Positions 43,557-57,091 of a stretch of DNA of 64,000 nucleotides are shown one piece after another. A program made the translations under genes and the position numbers. The notes beneath the pieces were generated by a model that saw only the letters and a list, made by a program, of their open reading frames with translations, did no database searches and was not told where the DNA came from. The stretch's first letter is position 1; the number at the start of each line of letters is the position of its first letter. This DNA is from an uncultured cyanobacterium (GTDB lineage: Bacteria > Cyanobacteriota > Cyanobacteriia > Cyanobacteriales > CAWUOF01), in assembly GCA_963744145.1 (NCBI GenBank), contig CAVUSO010000001.1:3136001-3200000 (forward strand), in the 5' to 3' direction.

Positions 43557-44360
43557 GTGGAGATTAACTGGTTTACCTTCTTCGCGCAAATCCTCAACTT
43601 TTTTGTGTTGATCTTTGTGCTGCAACGTTTCCTATATAAACCGATTACCCAGGCAATGGCACGCCGCGAGAAGACCATTCGCGATCGCTTGTCATCAGCA
43701 GCTCAACAACAAGAAGAAGCTGAAAAAGAGGTCAAGCATAATCAGGAAATACAACAGAAATTCGCAGATCAAAAGACCGAATTGCTAACTCAAGCAAAAT
43801 CAGAAGTGGAGAAAACCCGCCAAAATTTGTTGAAAGAAATGCACGAGTCAGTAGCTAAAGAGCGATCGCAATGGCAAACCAATTTACAACAGCAAAAAGA
43901 TGCTTTTTTGCGCGAGGTGGGCGATCGCACGATGCAGGAATTACAGACAACTGTGCGACGAGTATTAACAGACTTAGCAGAGTCAGACCTAGAAACACAG
44001 ATTGCTAGGGTATTTTTGCAGAAGTTGCGCGATCTGACGGAAACAGAACGTGCCGATCTGACGACGGCTTTAACTACTTCGACAAAAGACAGCATTCCGT
44101 TGATATTAGTTAGTACATTTACCCTACCAACGGATATTGGTGCAGCGATCGCTCCTGTTTTGCAAGATTACTTCAACGCAGTAGGTTCAGCCAAAATCGA
44201 GCTAACTTATGAAATCCAATCTAGTCTAATTTGTGGGATCGAAATACGCGGTACAGGATACAAATTAGCGTGGAGTATAGACACTTACTTAAATACCATC
44301 ACCGAAAATTTAGTTACAGTTTTTGCTCAAGAAACGAATCAGAAATTAGAGGAAGCATGA
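43557..44360 (+). CDS. atpF: N-ATPase subunit b (extended, delta-like C-terminus)
   Basis: [25 protein letters not shown]...WSIDTYL. Confidence 0.92.
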   Translation: MEINWFTFFAQILNFFVLIFVLQRFLYKPITQAMARREKTIRDRLSSAAQQQEEAEKEVKHNQEIQQKFADQKTELLTQAKSEVEKTRQNLLKEMHESVAKERSQWQTNLQQQKDAFLREVGDRTMQELQTTVRRVLTDLAESDLETQIARVFLQKLRDLTETERADLTTALTTSTKDSIPLILVSTFTLPTDIGAAIAPVLQDYFNAVGSAKIELTYEIQSSLICGIEIRGTGYKLAWSIDTYLNTITENLVTVFAQETNQKLEEA

Positions 44361-44361
44361 G

Positions 44362-45891
44362 GTGGAAAAAGAAGAAGCTTTACAAACAGTTTTACAAGAT
44401 ACTTTTGAAATTTATGATCGAGTTCTCGATCAGTATAAAGCGAAATTGCGATCGCAGGAGATCGGGATTGTCCAATCGATTGGGCAAGGAATTGCTCAAA
44501 TTATCGGTTTGCCCCATGTACAGTCAGAGGAAATTGTCCGTTTTACTGGTGGTAGCCTAGGATTAGTGTTTAACCTCGATCCTGAAGAAGTTGGGGTAGT
44601 TTTGCTCGATTCTAGCCAGCACCTCCAATCAGGTACGGAAGTGCAACGCACGGGTAAAATTCTTGATGTACCTGTAGGTGATGCACTGTTAGGAAGGGTG
44701 ATCGATCCTCTCGGTCGTCCCCTTGACGGCAAAGGCATAGTGCGAACCTCACAACGCTATCCCGCTGAACGTAATGCTCCTGCGATCATGGATCGTGCAT
44801 CCGTAAATGTACCATTGCAAACTGGAATTAAAGCGATCGATGCCTTAATTCCAATTGGACGCGGACAAAGAGAATTAATTTTAGGCGATCGCCAAACGGG
44901 TAAAAGCGGTCTTGCTCTTGATACAATCATCAATCAAAAAGGTAAAAATATTCTCTGTATCTATTGCGCGATCGGACAGCGTAGTGCAGCTGTTGCCAAG
45001 CTAATTGCCGACCTCAAGGAACATGAAGCAATGGCATACACAACAGTTGTGATGGCAGCAGGAGAAGAGGCACCAGGATTACAGTATATTGCTCCTTATG
45101 CTGCTACGGCAATGGCAGAATATTTTACAGATCAAGGGCGCGATGTACTAATAGTTTACGATGACCTCACCAACCATGCTCGCACCTACCGAGAAATCTC
45201 TCTCTTAATGCGTCGTCCACCTGGACGGGAAGCCTATCCAGGGGATATTTTTTATATTCACTCGCGCTTACTTGAACGCTCTACCCATTTCAACGCAAAA
45301 CGAGGTGGTGGTTCCTTAACTGCGCTACCAATTATCGAAACAGAAGCACAAAATATTGCTGCATATATCCCAACTAATCTAATTTCAATTACCGATGGAC
45401 AGATTTATCTTTCACCCAGTCTGTTTCAAAAGGGAGTATTACCTGCAATTGATGTTGGTAAGTCGGTTTCGCGGGTGGGTGGCAAAACCCAACTCCCTTC
45501 CTATCGCAGTGTTTCAGGGGATTTACGTCTTTCCTATTCTCAATTTGAAGAGCTAGAGTCTTTCTCTCGCTTTGGTACGCGCTTAGAAGAATCAACTCGG
45601 ATTACTTTAGAACGCGGACGAAGGGTGCGCGAGATTCTCAAACAAAAGCAATATGTACCCATGTCGGCTGCTGTACAAATAGCTGTGTTGCTTTCGGTGA
45701 CAACAGGGTTACTCGATCCCGTGCCGATCGCTAAAATTTCCCTAGCTGAACAAGCGATCGCCAAAGCCATATCTACTCAGTTAGCCGATCTTTGTTTGCA
45801 AATCGAAAGTGGAGTTGTATTGAATGATGCCGATCGCGATACCTTACTGAAAATTGCCAAAACAGCGATCGCTACCGTGATCAAGGAGTAG
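44362..45891 (+). CDS. atpA: N-ATPase subunit alpha
   Basis: [33 protein letters not shown]. Confidence 0.96.
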   Translation: MEKEEALQTVLQDTFEIYDRVLDQYKAKLRSQEIGIVQSIGQGIAQIIGLPHVQSEEIVRFTGGSLGLVFNLDPEEVGVVLLDSSQHLQSGTEVQRTGKILDVPVGDALLGRVIDPLGRPLDGKGIVRTSQRYPAERNAPAIMDRASVNVPLQTGIKAIDALIPIGRGQRELILGDRQTGKSGLALDTIINQKGKNILCIYCAIGQRSAAVAKLIADLKEHEAMAYTTVVMAAGEEAPGLQYIAPYAATAMAEYFTDQGRDVLIVYDDLTNHARTYREISLLMRRPPGREAYPGDIFYIHSRLLERSTHFNAKRGGGSLTALPIIETEAQNIAAYIPTNLISITDGQIYLSPSLFQKGVLPAIDVGKSVSRVGGKTQLPSYRSVSGDLRLSYSQFEELESFSRFGTRLEESTRITLERGRRVREILKQKQYVPMSAAVQIAVLLSVTTGLLDPVPIAKISLAEQAIAKAISTQLADLCLQIESGVVLNDADRDTLLKIAKTAIATVIKE

Positions 45892-45893
45892 CT

Positions 45894-46904
45894 ATGTCAT
45901 CCATTGAGCTTCTCCAACATCAAATCCATACTGCCCAAGACCTCCAATCTGTGGTGAAAATGATGAAAGTATTAGCGGCGTTAAATATCCACCAATATGA
46001 ACAAGCAGTTACATCTCTTGCTGAGTATAATCATACTATCGAAATGGGTTTGCACGTTGTCCTAAAAGCAGCACATAATTATGATGCTTCTACTCAAGAT
46101 GTTAACAATAATCGCTTCACAACCTATCCACAATCCCTTGCAACGGATCTTGGTCGTTGCGGTGTAATTATCTTTGGCTCTGAGCAAGGGATGTGTGGTC
46201 AATTTAATGAACAGATTAGCCACTATGCGATCGCTGAATTAGAAAAATTGAAGATATCACCCGAAAATCTAGCGATTTTCGCCATCGGAGCGAGACTTAT
46301 CCCCCATTTAGAAACCACAGGCTATGCGATCGAGCAAACTTTCAATATGCCTAGTTCATTAACTGGAATCACGTCAATGGTTCAAGAGATTTTACTGCAC
46401 ATTGACACCTGGCGCGATCGCGGTTCGACTCCGCTCACCGACCGCGGTTCGACTCCGCTCACCGACCACGGTTCGACTCCGCTCACCGACCACGGTTCGA
46501 CTCCGCTCACCGATCGCCAGCAAATTACCCAAATTCTTTTGTTTTACAACCAATTACATTCCAATACGTTATCTGATCCGTACAAACTGCAACTGTTGCC
46601 ACTTGATCACATATGGTTAGAACATATTGAAAATCTAGCATTGAAATCGCGGACTCTACCCACTTTTACAACGCCGAGGGATGTTTTAGTTGCGTCTCTA
46701 TTACAACAATATTTCTTTATCTCGCTCTATCGCGCTTTTGGTGAGTCCCTTGCTAGTGAAAATGCTAGTCGTCTTGCTTCTATGCAAGTAGCCGAAAAAA
46801 ACATCGAAGATCGGATCACAGAGTTTACTGGTCAATTTCAGCAACAACGCCAAACTGCAATTACAGATGAATTGTTAGAAATTATTTCAGCATTTGAGCT
46901 GTAG
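45894..46904 (+). CDS. atpG: N-ATPase subunit gamma with in-frame 32-aa repeat insertion
   Basis: GSEQGMCGQFN, SENASRL..M, RQTAITDEL. Confidence 0.93.
   Translation: MSSIELLQHQIHTAQDLQSVVKMMKVLAALNIHQYEQAVTSLAEYNHTIEMGLHVVLKAAHNYDASTQDVNNNRFTTYPQSLATDLGRCGVIIFGSEQGMCGQFNEQISHYAIAELEKLKISPENLAIFAIGARLIPHLETTGYAIEQTFNMPSSLTGITSMVQEILLHIDTWRDRGSTPLTDRGSTPLTDHGSTPLTDHGSTPLTDRQQITQILLFYNQLHSNTLSDPYKLQLLPLDHIWLEHIENLALKSRTLPTFTTPRDVLVASLLQQYFFISLYRAFGESLASENASRLASMQVAEKNIEDRITEFTGQFQQQRQTAITDELLEIISAFEL
46414..46517 (+). repeat. 4 x 24-bp tandem repeat inserted at a HIP1 site
   Basis: C(G/A)CGGTTCGACTCCGCTCACCGA(C/T) x4 between GCGATCGC (46414) and CGATCGC (46511). Confidence 0.92.
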
Positions 46905-46915
46905 ATGATTGATCT

Positions 46916-47095
46916 GTGGGTGGGGGCGGGTTTTTAGAATTAGTTGCTAGAGCTGCAAGTTACTGGTGAACCCGTCCCTACCATGATGGCCAAATTGAAG
47001 ATCAAATTAATCCTCACATAGTTGATCAAATTTGTAGGGGCAGGTTCACCGATAAATTTGGTTACCAACAGATAACTATTATAAACCTGCCCCGG
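46916..47095. repeat. REP-like (GTAG-type) palindromic repeats
   Basis: GGGGCGGGTT...AACCCGTCCCTAC and GTAGGGGCAGGTT...AACCTGCCCC. Close copy at ~50647-50715. Confidence 0.7.
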
Positions 47096-47254
47096 CCTCA
47101 CAGATCAGACTCAAATTAACTGCAATTTCATAGTTAATTGGGATAACTGAGATATAAAAATCGATAATTTATATATAACTCTGTGCTTCTGCGGTTCGTT
47201 CAAAAAATCCTGTTCACAAACAAAATATACTCGCTATACATAGGTCAACTTTAA

Positions 47255-49094
<1,840 letters not shown>

Positions 49095-49095
<1 letters not shown>

Positions 49096-49466
49096 TGAAA
49101 ACTCCACTCTCTCCCTCCCGTAAGTCGCGATTACAAACGGATCGCTTTCAATTGGCGATCGCTAATAAAGAACGTCGCAAACTTTATGCTCGTCAAGCAA
49201 AACCTTATGGTGGTGTTTGGTTTGGTTTGGGTTTTGCAGGTTTAATCGGTTGGTCAGTTGTCGTACCTACTTTGTTAGGAATGGCACTAGGGATCTGGAT
49301 CGATTCCCAATTTCCCAGTCAGTTCTCATGGACATTAGCTCTAATTCTGGCAGGTTTAACCATTGGTTGTTTGATTGCATGGGAATGGGTATCGCAGGAA
49401 CAGCAACGCATGGCAAAAGCTCAACCACCCAATGATTCCTCTGAATCTCCAACTATTAAGAAGTAG
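49095..49466 (+). CDS. atpQ: N-ATPase AtpQ (AtpZ/AtpI-like)
   Basis: GLIGWSVVVPTLLG...G.WID...GC..AW.W. Confidence 0.85.
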
Positions 49467-49563
49467 TCATTTTTATAAATTAGTCTTGTCATGAGTAGGC
49501 GATCGCATCCTGATGCTCAACTTGATGATAAAATTCGATGAAATATCAGGTGCTAAAATCTCA

Positions 49564-50497
49564 ATGACACGACAGCCTCACGACCAATTTGCCAAACAGT
49601 ATTTAGCCGAACTACTTGCACCATTAGGGGAGGTTAACATCAGCCGCGAAGTCAGTGGCGAAGTTCGCCAAATCGATGTCTGGTTTGCCCCCGCATCCCC
49701 ACCTACTGCTGATCAAAAAATCTTAGGATTACTAGGTAGAATAGTCACAACGCCCTGTTTGTTGGAACCTTTTCGCAATCAACCCAGCAAAACAGAGATT
49801 CGCAACTGTATCCTCAAACTATTTTCCCTACAAAGCGAATTGCAGTCGGCAAGCTAGACGAGTGGAAGATCCGGTGATGGAAAATGAGTTACCTCAATTG
49901 TGGATTTTGGCAACTTCGGCTTCAACTACCCTACTCGATAGTTTTCGATTTAAACTAGAGTCAGATAATTGGTGTTCAGGAGTTTACTTTCTAGGGGAGG
50001 CAATGAAAACCGCAATTGTGGCGATTAACCAATTGCCAACTACACCAGATACCCTATGGCTGAGAATGCTTGGCAAAGGGACAACTCAGCAGCAAGCGAT
50101 TGAAGAAATTATTGCACTCCCAGAAACAAATCCCTTACGCACTAATATTTTGGCCCTGGTTTCTACCTGGCGAGTTAATCTACAAACCAAACAAGATTTA
50201 ACCGAAGAAGATCGGGAGTTAATTATGAATTTAACACCAGCATATATCCAATGGCGAGAAGAAACTCTGCTACAAGGACGGCAGGAAGGACGGCAGGAAG
50301 GACGCTTTGAAGAACGGCGGATTCTTGTAGAAAATTTGTTAATAGCCAAATTCGGCTCTATTGATGAGCGACTGTCAGAAGTGATTCAACCAATAATTGA
50401 ATTACCGCCACAAGAATTAACTCGAATCATGCTTAACTTATCAAATCTATCTCACGCAGATTTGTTAGCTAGGTTTGAAAATAGGGAGCATCAATAA
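49564..50497 (+). CDS. Cyanobacterial PD-(D/E)XK/Rpn-like hypothetical protein, frameshift at ~49846
   Basis: HDQFAKQYL, IDVWF, LEPFR, TLWLRMLG, QEGRQEG, KFG motifs across two frames. Confidence 0.7.
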
Positions 50498-50948
50498 TCA
50501 ATAGTAAAGTACACCCATTCCCCAGGACAGGGCAATGCCATGTCCCTACTTTACACCTTAATTTTACCTCGGTAAATCTATTGGCCGATCGCCATCAATC
50601 CTCATTATATCGTTAAATATAAGATGGAACTGTTGACGATTGATATGTGGGTGGGGGCGGGCTTTTCTAATTAGTTGGTAAAGCCGCGAGTTACTGATGA
50701 CCCCGTCCCTACCATGAAGATCAAATTCATCCGAAAATATGTCATCAAAAAAGAGAATTATGCTAATACTTGTAATTATTACGACAGATAGTCTATATAT
50801 GAGGTGTAGTGCCAATTTATGAAACTGATATTTTTCTCCAAAAAAGATTAGAAAAATATATTGGTGCTATTTGATATTTTATCCACCAGTATAATTATTA
50901 TCTAGCAGTATAAGCTAAACAATAGGTAATTTGTGTATTTTTAACATT

Positions 50949-52365
50949 TTAGAGAATACCATGACGTGCAAATAGTTTTTCAAAGAAATCGACAATAGTT
51001 GTACTAATAGTATCTTTTGTAAACTCTTCACCTCCAAAACGATATATTTCATAACCGAGAAGTCTAATTCTTCGATCCTCAGCAACCATTTTAGCATAGA
51101 GTTCTGGTGAAGCAAATTTGTTTTTAGAATAATGATGAATGCCATCAATTTCTATAATAACTCGACTTCTATTGCGAAGAAGTATGAGAAAATCCAGCCG
51201 TTGTCTAAAAAGTATTGGTTCTGTGCGATCCTTCTGATTAATGGGATCATAATGTAGGTAAATCTGTGGCAATAATGCTGGGAGGTTATCGTGCAAACGT
51301 CGAAAAAAATTATGAAAATAGGTAGAAAAAAACAATTGTTCAGGGGTTTTTTTGTCTTCTTGTTCAGAATCTTGTTTTGCGAGAGAATCATACAATCGCA
51401 TTCCAAGCTCATTCCTCATCTCCTGATCTATGGAGTTTAGTCCTTTAAGTCTACGCTCACCACTCTAAAAGCATTCCCCAAGTAAGATCATCATTAGTCG
51501 GAGGCTGATCATAAACTAGACTATCCCTATTATTATTATCGGCAAAACTAATATCCATATTCACTGTATCAGTAATTAAAATATCAGGTTTAAGTCCAGT
51601 GGATGCAAAAATTATGTATTTGGGTGTCCCCGATACTCCTGTTGATCTTTTCCGGACTTTATATATAGGAAGTCCTCCTTGTTTACCTTCTTCACATAAT
51701 TCAAAGTCATTCTGTTTAAGCAACGCATTAATTAGTGTTATAAGATGTTGTTGGTCTGATGATGTTTGAATTTCTGGATGGACGATACGCTCAATTAATA
51801 AGCAAAAGCGTTGGTCTGGCCATTCAGATAAATTTAGTAGATTAAAAAGTTCTGTAACTGATAGTATTTTCCTTGAGGTATATGATTCTTGATATATATT
51901 TCCATCAGAATCAGTCTTCATATTGTAATATAAACTTGTATTAGGAATAACCAAATTAAAAATATCTCTAAGTGTTGATCTTCCCCAAAATTTAACTCCT
52001 TTTAAATTTTCCACAATCCTGATTCGCGTAACATTGTCAATATGCCGAACACCCTTATTTTCTATCCACCAAAGATTATCTTGAATATCTTGGATATCAT
52101 TGTCTGATAATTTATTACTCTTGATGCTTGGATAAGATTCAATCATTTTTTTAGCAGCATTAATGATAACTTCATTACTAGCATTATTTGTTATTTTAGT
52201 AAGGTATTTCTGTTTGCCCAAATTGCCTTTTTCGACATCTGGTAATCCAAGAGCATTTTTGACATTATCAAGAGTATTCCAAGTTTCTAAATTTGAAATA
52301 ATCATAACAATTTTGGAACGGAGATTATCAAATGCTTGCTGTATATCAACCATAGATATAACCAA
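50949..52365 (-). CDS. AbiJ-N-terminal-domain-like protein with C-terminal Vsr/DUF559-like nuclease, frameshift at ~51458
   Basis: ERIVHPE, PKYIIFASTG.KP, LTW..L..W, then LLPQIYLHYDP, RQRLDFL, IEIDG.HHY, EDRRIRL.GYEIYRFGG. Confidence 0.65.
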
Positions 52366-52691
52366 TTTGCGACTAGAAAAATGAAATCAAAAACAAAAGC
52401 ATTATAGCTCAAATCTTAAGTATCTGGTTATGACTGTTTTTCAGCCCTTTTTCTAGCTCTATACTCGCGTTATTTTGCGGCTAGATAGGATTTTCACACG
52501 TCAGTATAACGGTTAGTAGCTCTAAGGGCTTTTAAGATACTTATCCGGTTGATTAGTTTTGTAAGACTCTTCAGACTAAATCAGCAAGTCTAGCAAGTAG
52601 GGAGAATGCAAAATATTTCCCTACTCTGGATACCAGACAAGAAGTTTCCATTTAGCTAATTGCCCAGGTTGATAGGATAATCAGCTTATGA

Positions 52692-52901
52692 CTAGGTATT
52701 AACCTCAGAAACAATCCAATCTTCGGGGACTGAAATTTGCCCTCTACCATCATCAGAAAGTAATAAATAGGTATAGCCATTGCCATTAGGGATGTGGTGG
52801 ACTATTTTCCCATATTGTAGTTTTTTATCTGGATCAGTAGCGTCGATATAGGATATCAGGCTATATTCAGCGAATTTTGGTTGCATTTGAGGCATTCTCA
52901 A
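52692..52901 (-). CDS. Small hypothetical protein
   Basis: 69-aa ORF, beta-rich pattern, no recognisable motif. Confidence 0.35.
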   Translation of the reverse strand: MRMPQMQPKFAEYSLISYIDATDPDKKLQYGKIVHHIPNGNGYTYLLLSDDGRGQISVPEDWIVSEVNT

Positions 52902-53037
52902 ATAAATGAATAATTTATTATATAATACAGCCGCACGATCAACATACTACAGTCAAGAAAAATGATTTGCTGGCGATCACATGACCAATTAGTCCAGCTT
53001 AGTTTTTGCACTGTCCAGATAACGACTACGCGATCAC

Positions 53038-53420
53038 CTAAACCAAACCAGCAATTAACCCAGATATCTCAAGCTGGTGCTGTTGCCGATTGTCATCATA
53101 AATTAGCAATGTGTCTGTCTGTTTATGTCGTGAAAAATTTCTGGACTCTGCGAATATCACCATTAGTAGAATCGAGTGCAGCGGCGATAGATGAGTGTCT
53201 GATTCTGTGTGGACTCATCAGTTTCTTAATCCCAGCTTTCCCACAGCATTTCAACATAATTAATCATAGACTCACCGTAATCTCAGGGTTGCATGGTCGC
53301 GTTTACCTGCTAGAGTATCGCAATCGCAAATCGCAACAACCAGCAAGAACTTTCTTGAAACGTTCAACATCGATGCCAGTCGGATCTCGGTAACGCTCTA
53401 CTTTCTCACTGGCGATCGCA
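53038..53420 (-). pseudogene. Tyrosine recombinase remnant
   Basis: EKVERYRDPTGI ... KAGIKKLMSPHRIRHSSIAAALDSTNGDIRRVQKF ... LIYDDNRQQHQ, with deletions. Confidence 0.8.
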
Positions 53421-53506
53421 GTAAAAATTAGTTGATGATTCTCATAGCACATTTTATAGATATAAATTGTAATTAATGGGATCACTTATCAATCAACAAC
53501 GTTGAG
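53414..53506. repeat. 93-bp direct repeat copy 1 (copy 2 at 57092-57184)
   Basis: GATCGCAGTAAAAATTAG...ATTAATGGGATCACTTATCAATCAACAA.GTTGAG, 3 mismatches. Confidence 0.92.
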
Positions 53507-53606
53507 GTATAACTTCCCCAATACACTGGACTCAAATAACCTTTTACAAATCGATTACAAGTTGGATACATTCTGGGATATTAAGATTGTTAGGCGTCAT
53601 GATTAT

Positions 53607-55088
53607 TCAAGGTAGTATCTTAATGCAGTCACCAATGATCTTGTTCATCTGACTAGCCTTTGAGAAGTATTCCAATCTATGATTTCGACTAATTTTAGTT
53701 GCTCCACGAGTCCCTACTGCCGCTGCCCACGCCAGCCAATCTGATTTACCATTACGAAGATGTTCATCTCGTAATTCAATCATGCCAAATCTTTTTTCAG
53801 GTATCTCTAAAATTTTGGCACGAGATATTAAAGTTGCATTTGAATGCTCATAAAGCTCGAGCAAAATATTTGGGTAATAATGGATATCAGAGAGATAATC
53901 TTCTGCAAGTTTAGCCATCCAGAAAAGCTGATATTCAGTGATATTCTGACCATTTTTAATAAAATCGAGAATTAGAAATGCAAGGGATTCTTTATCATCC
54001 ACATATCGGGAAAAATGGTATATGTTCTTACTTAAACTTGGAAATCGGTTCAGAAAAATCTGCATTTGCTCGAGAACCTGAGTTCCATTGTCTCGAAGTA
54101 GTACCAGAATCAATTCTGCATCCGATTCATCAATATCAGGGTCTTTGAGTAGATTTAGTAAGTACTCAATTTGTTCAGGAGTCAGATTATCGTAATATTC
54201 TTCTTGCGGAAAGTTAATTTCTCCATAGGTTTCAACAATTGTTCGCCGAATCCTCAGTAAATCAGCCTTTATTTTGACAACTTCCTTTGCTACATCAATT
54301 TCATTCACCTTACCAATGATGGTCTTTGTAGGGTTTAATGAAAGTCCTTTGTCACCAAGTAACCGTTGAATAGTAAGAAAATCATCAATTAGCACACTTT
54401 CTTCATCGGAAAAGAGATAGAAATCATCCATAAATCGAAGCAGTAAGCTACATCGTAGTTTCATAGAGTTATCAATAAATTTCAAAAATTCTGCACCGAT
54501 CATCTTACAAGAATGAATACCTTGAGGTAAACAATCTATTGAAATTCCTGCATTTGCTTGTCTAAGAAATTGTCCAAGATAGCTAACATCATTTTCCGGT
54601 GCATCAATGTCACTGAACCAACTAACAATATCATGATGATATAATGAGTTGAAATAGGTAGCTATATCAAATTTAAGAGCAAATTTATATCTTTTTTTTG
54701 CAGAAGCAATATGTTTTTTGAAATCTTCATAGCTTCTAGATGAAGGTATGGGTTTTCCCTTCTCAAATTGATAACCAAAGCTACGCCGAGTCTTTTGAAA
54801 ATCTTTTCTAAAGAGGTTTCGATTTCTATAAATAATATCGTAAATAAATAACTCAGCAATAGGATCAAGTTTTACTGTTCGACGCAAATGAAAGCCCTGC
54901 TTTGAAGCATAACACCTAGTTTGTGATAAAAAAGAGTGTTGAGTATTTTTTATATCTAGCACTTTTTCATAGACATATTGAAGAGTTTCTTTTCCATGAT
55001 TCTCTGCAATCACTTTTGTAGTTGAGAGTGGAAATAGAGTTTTAGGATAGTCGTCTATAATATACTGAATACTTGTATAGTTGTTCAT
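53607..55088 (-). CDS. Defence-associated reverse transcriptase, DRT5 (UG16)-like
   Basis: KFDIATYFNSL, LPQG, LRFMDDF, GLSLNPTKT, helical C-terminus, HLRRTVKLDP N-terminal motif, 493 aa. Subtype recalled, not searched. Confidence 0.8.
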   Translation of the reverse strand: MNNYTSIQYIIDDYPKTLFPLSTTKVIAENHGKETLQYVYEKVLDIKNTQHSFLSQTRCYASKQGFHLRRTVKLDPIAELFIYDIIYRNRNLFRKDFQKTRRSFGYQFEKGKPIPSSRSYEDFKKHIASAKKRYKFALKFDIATYFNSLYHHDIVSWFSDIDAPENDVSYLGQFLRQANAGISIDCLPQGIHSCKMIGAEFLKFIDNSMKLRCSLLLRFMDDFYLFSDEESVLIDDFLTIQRLLGDKGLSLNPTKTIIGKVNEIDVAKEVVKIKADLLRIRRTIVETYGEINFPQEEYYDNLTPEQIEYLLNLLKDPDIDESDAELILVLLRDNGTQVLEQMQIFLNRFPSLSKNIYHFSRYVDDKESLAFLILDFIKNGQNITEYQLFWMAKLAEDYLSDIHYYPNILLELYEHSNATLISRAKILEIPEKRFGMIELRDEHLRNGKSDWLAWAAAVGTRGATKISRNHRLEYFSKASQMNKIIGDCIKILP

Positions 55089-55144
55089 GTTTCAGAATAT
55101 AAAAGTAAAATCTGTTGTCCTTGAGGAACTGGCTAGGCAGCATC

Positions 55145-55360
55145 TCAGTTTTGCAAAAACACTGCATAGGGAAAACTACGCAAGTTTGGTACTAAATAAG
55201 CACGACTACGACCAATCTTGGGATTGATAGCTAGTTTTTCCATACACCCATGTAAATTTCTGATCAATGTGATCGCTCGCTCAAAATTATCCACAGCGAT
55301 GTAGTCAAAAATATCAGTCAGGTCGGTAAAAGCCTGTGGTCTAATAATTACCTTGACCAT
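55145..55360 (-). pseudogene. ParE/RelE toxin, C-terminally truncated
   Basis: AFTDLTDIFDYIA.DN...P.IGRSR..L..NLRSFP, stops at 71 aa. Confidence 0.8.
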
Positions 55361-55620
55361 TTAATTAGCCTTTGTCTGTTGAGTATAGCGTTGTCTGCCT
55401 CGCTCAATAAAATCTTCAACATCAAAAGGCTGAGGTTCACCGCTGTCAATACCAGCTTGGACCTGCACTCGTAATTCATTCAGGCGGATCTGCTTTAAAG
55501 CATCGTGATCTTTCAGAAGCCTTAGCCCTTCTCGGATGACTTCACTAGCGGAGTTATAATATCCGCTTGCTACCTTGTCGGCTATATACTTTTCTAATTC
55601 TGGTTGAGTGAAACATTCAT
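55361..55620 (-). pseudogene. ParD-type (RHH, CC2985-like) antitoxin with 1-nt deletion at codon 6
   Basis: MNVSL-/PELEKYIADKVASGYYNSASEVIREGLRLL...QAGIDSGEP; not in the ORF track. Confidence 0.82.
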
Positions 55621-55962
55621 AGATTCTTGCTCCTGTGCATCTACTTTTATTTTACATTGAATAACCAGAAATAGCAATATTTGTTATTCTCCTAAACCGA
55701 CTCAGCAATCAAACTATTTTTATATTGCAACACTGCCGCGATCGCGGCAGTGTTGATTCAAGGCTCAGAACCGAGCGATCGCTTCACTCCTGGGGTCACC
55801 ACTTTCTACCCGTCTGCGGACTCGTGCGATCACAACTATCCCCAACATCCAGATAACCACTTTTCAAGAAATCAAGTAATTCCAAATATCCAGACCAAAA
55901 CTGGATAGCATAGGTCACCATCAGCCTACTCTGAACACTTATCAACCGGATAAAATTGAGCC

Positions 55963-56361
55963 ATGACTAAAATCAATAAAAATACTATAGATTCGGTTCG
56001 TGATCTATTTATTAGAGGGACTCGATATATTAGTGGTATAAAATTAAAAGTAGCGCAATTAGTCTCTGGTATTGAAACACAGCGACTAGCCCGCAATTAT
56101 CAAGTAGAACGGGTGTTGCGTTGGTATGAAAAACAGGGTGACGCGCTAGTTGGCGAAAAAGTGTTGAGTAACATAGAATTGTCCGAACTTCAACAACTAT
56201 TTGATCAACCATTAGATAATTTGATGTATGAGTGTTATTTGGTGACAGACGAGCAAGTGAATTATCTTCAGGAAAGGCTAAACCAAACCTTTGATCTGCA
56301 ATCCTATGAATATTTTGTAGACTGTGATGTAGTATGCGAGCTAAACCAACCCAGCAATTAA
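55963..56361 (+). CDS. Hypothetical protein resembling colicin E3/cloacin immunity protein
   Basis: LRWYEK..D.LVGE...CYLV...V.YLQ......D....EYFV pattern. Confidence 0.5.
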   Translation: MTKINKNTIDSVRDLFIRGTRYISGIKLKVAQLVSGIETQRLARNYQVERVLRWYEKQGDALVGEKVLSNIELSELQQLFDQPLDNLMYECYLVTDEQVNYLQERLNQTFDLQSYEYFVDCDVVCELNQPSN

Positions 56362-56630
56362 CCCAGATATCTCAAGGCCATTAATTCCGAGCTCGATAAT
56401 TTTGAGCTTTCAGAAATTGAGCCAATGAAGCTAATCGAGGCAGCAATTCACCCTAGCAATCACATCCTAGTCCTAACGCTAATGTTCTAGCCCAAAGTAG
56501 GATCAGGATCGCATAGTTCTGTTTACCTACAACTCGATCGCGATCACACCATCCAAGCACTTTCTTGAAACGTTCAACATCAATGCCAGTCGGATCTCGG
56601 TAACGCTCTACTTTCTCACTGGCGATCGGA
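56341..56630 (-). pseudogene. Second tyrosine recombinase remnant
   Basis: Shares 53349-53417 and 53038-53073 nearly exactly. EKVERYRDPTGIDVERFKKVL...NYAILILLW. Confidence 0.78.
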
Positions 56631-57091
56631 TCACCTCTAATCGCCGAATATATGGACAAATGTGGACTCTTGCGATCTTAATCAAAAAAAAAGAACACCT
56701 TTGCGCCTCAAAAGTGGTGATTCTCTCTGGCAGATCTGCTGGCATTACAGATAGAAGCTACGATATTGTTCTTTTCAGACCCGCCTCGACGTGGCGTTTA
56801 AAACTCTGATTGCTCAGGCTGACCGTGAGCGTAGTCGAATGGTAATTGTTTCCTCGTCAATGTTACTTAGGCTTGTTCGGTTCAGTTCACTTTCTTGAGC
56901 TTTATAGGAATGTTTAAAACTGAACGGCAGAGCTACAAGCTGGAAAGCACTCGCAGGTTTACCCTGAGCGGAGTCGAAGGGTGCCATGACCTAAATAACG
57001 TAGCAGGGGCGTATAGCAATACGCCCCTACATAGACTGGCCATCTCTACACTTTATGTACTGGTTGTCCAGATATGAAAGCGTGTTTAGCG

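Noticed and set aside
46419..46514. CRISPR array
   Set aside because: Units are contiguous with no spacers, lie in frame within atpG, and no cas genes are present
53607..55088. Retron, group II intron or DGR reverse transcriptase
   Set aside because: No recognisable retron VTG motif, no msr/msd inverted repeats, no intron domain V or maturase/HNH, no TR/VR pair
55760..55940. Further integrase middle-region remnant on the minus strand
   Set aside because: Only a vague LDVGD-like stretch with stops; cannot be supported by eye
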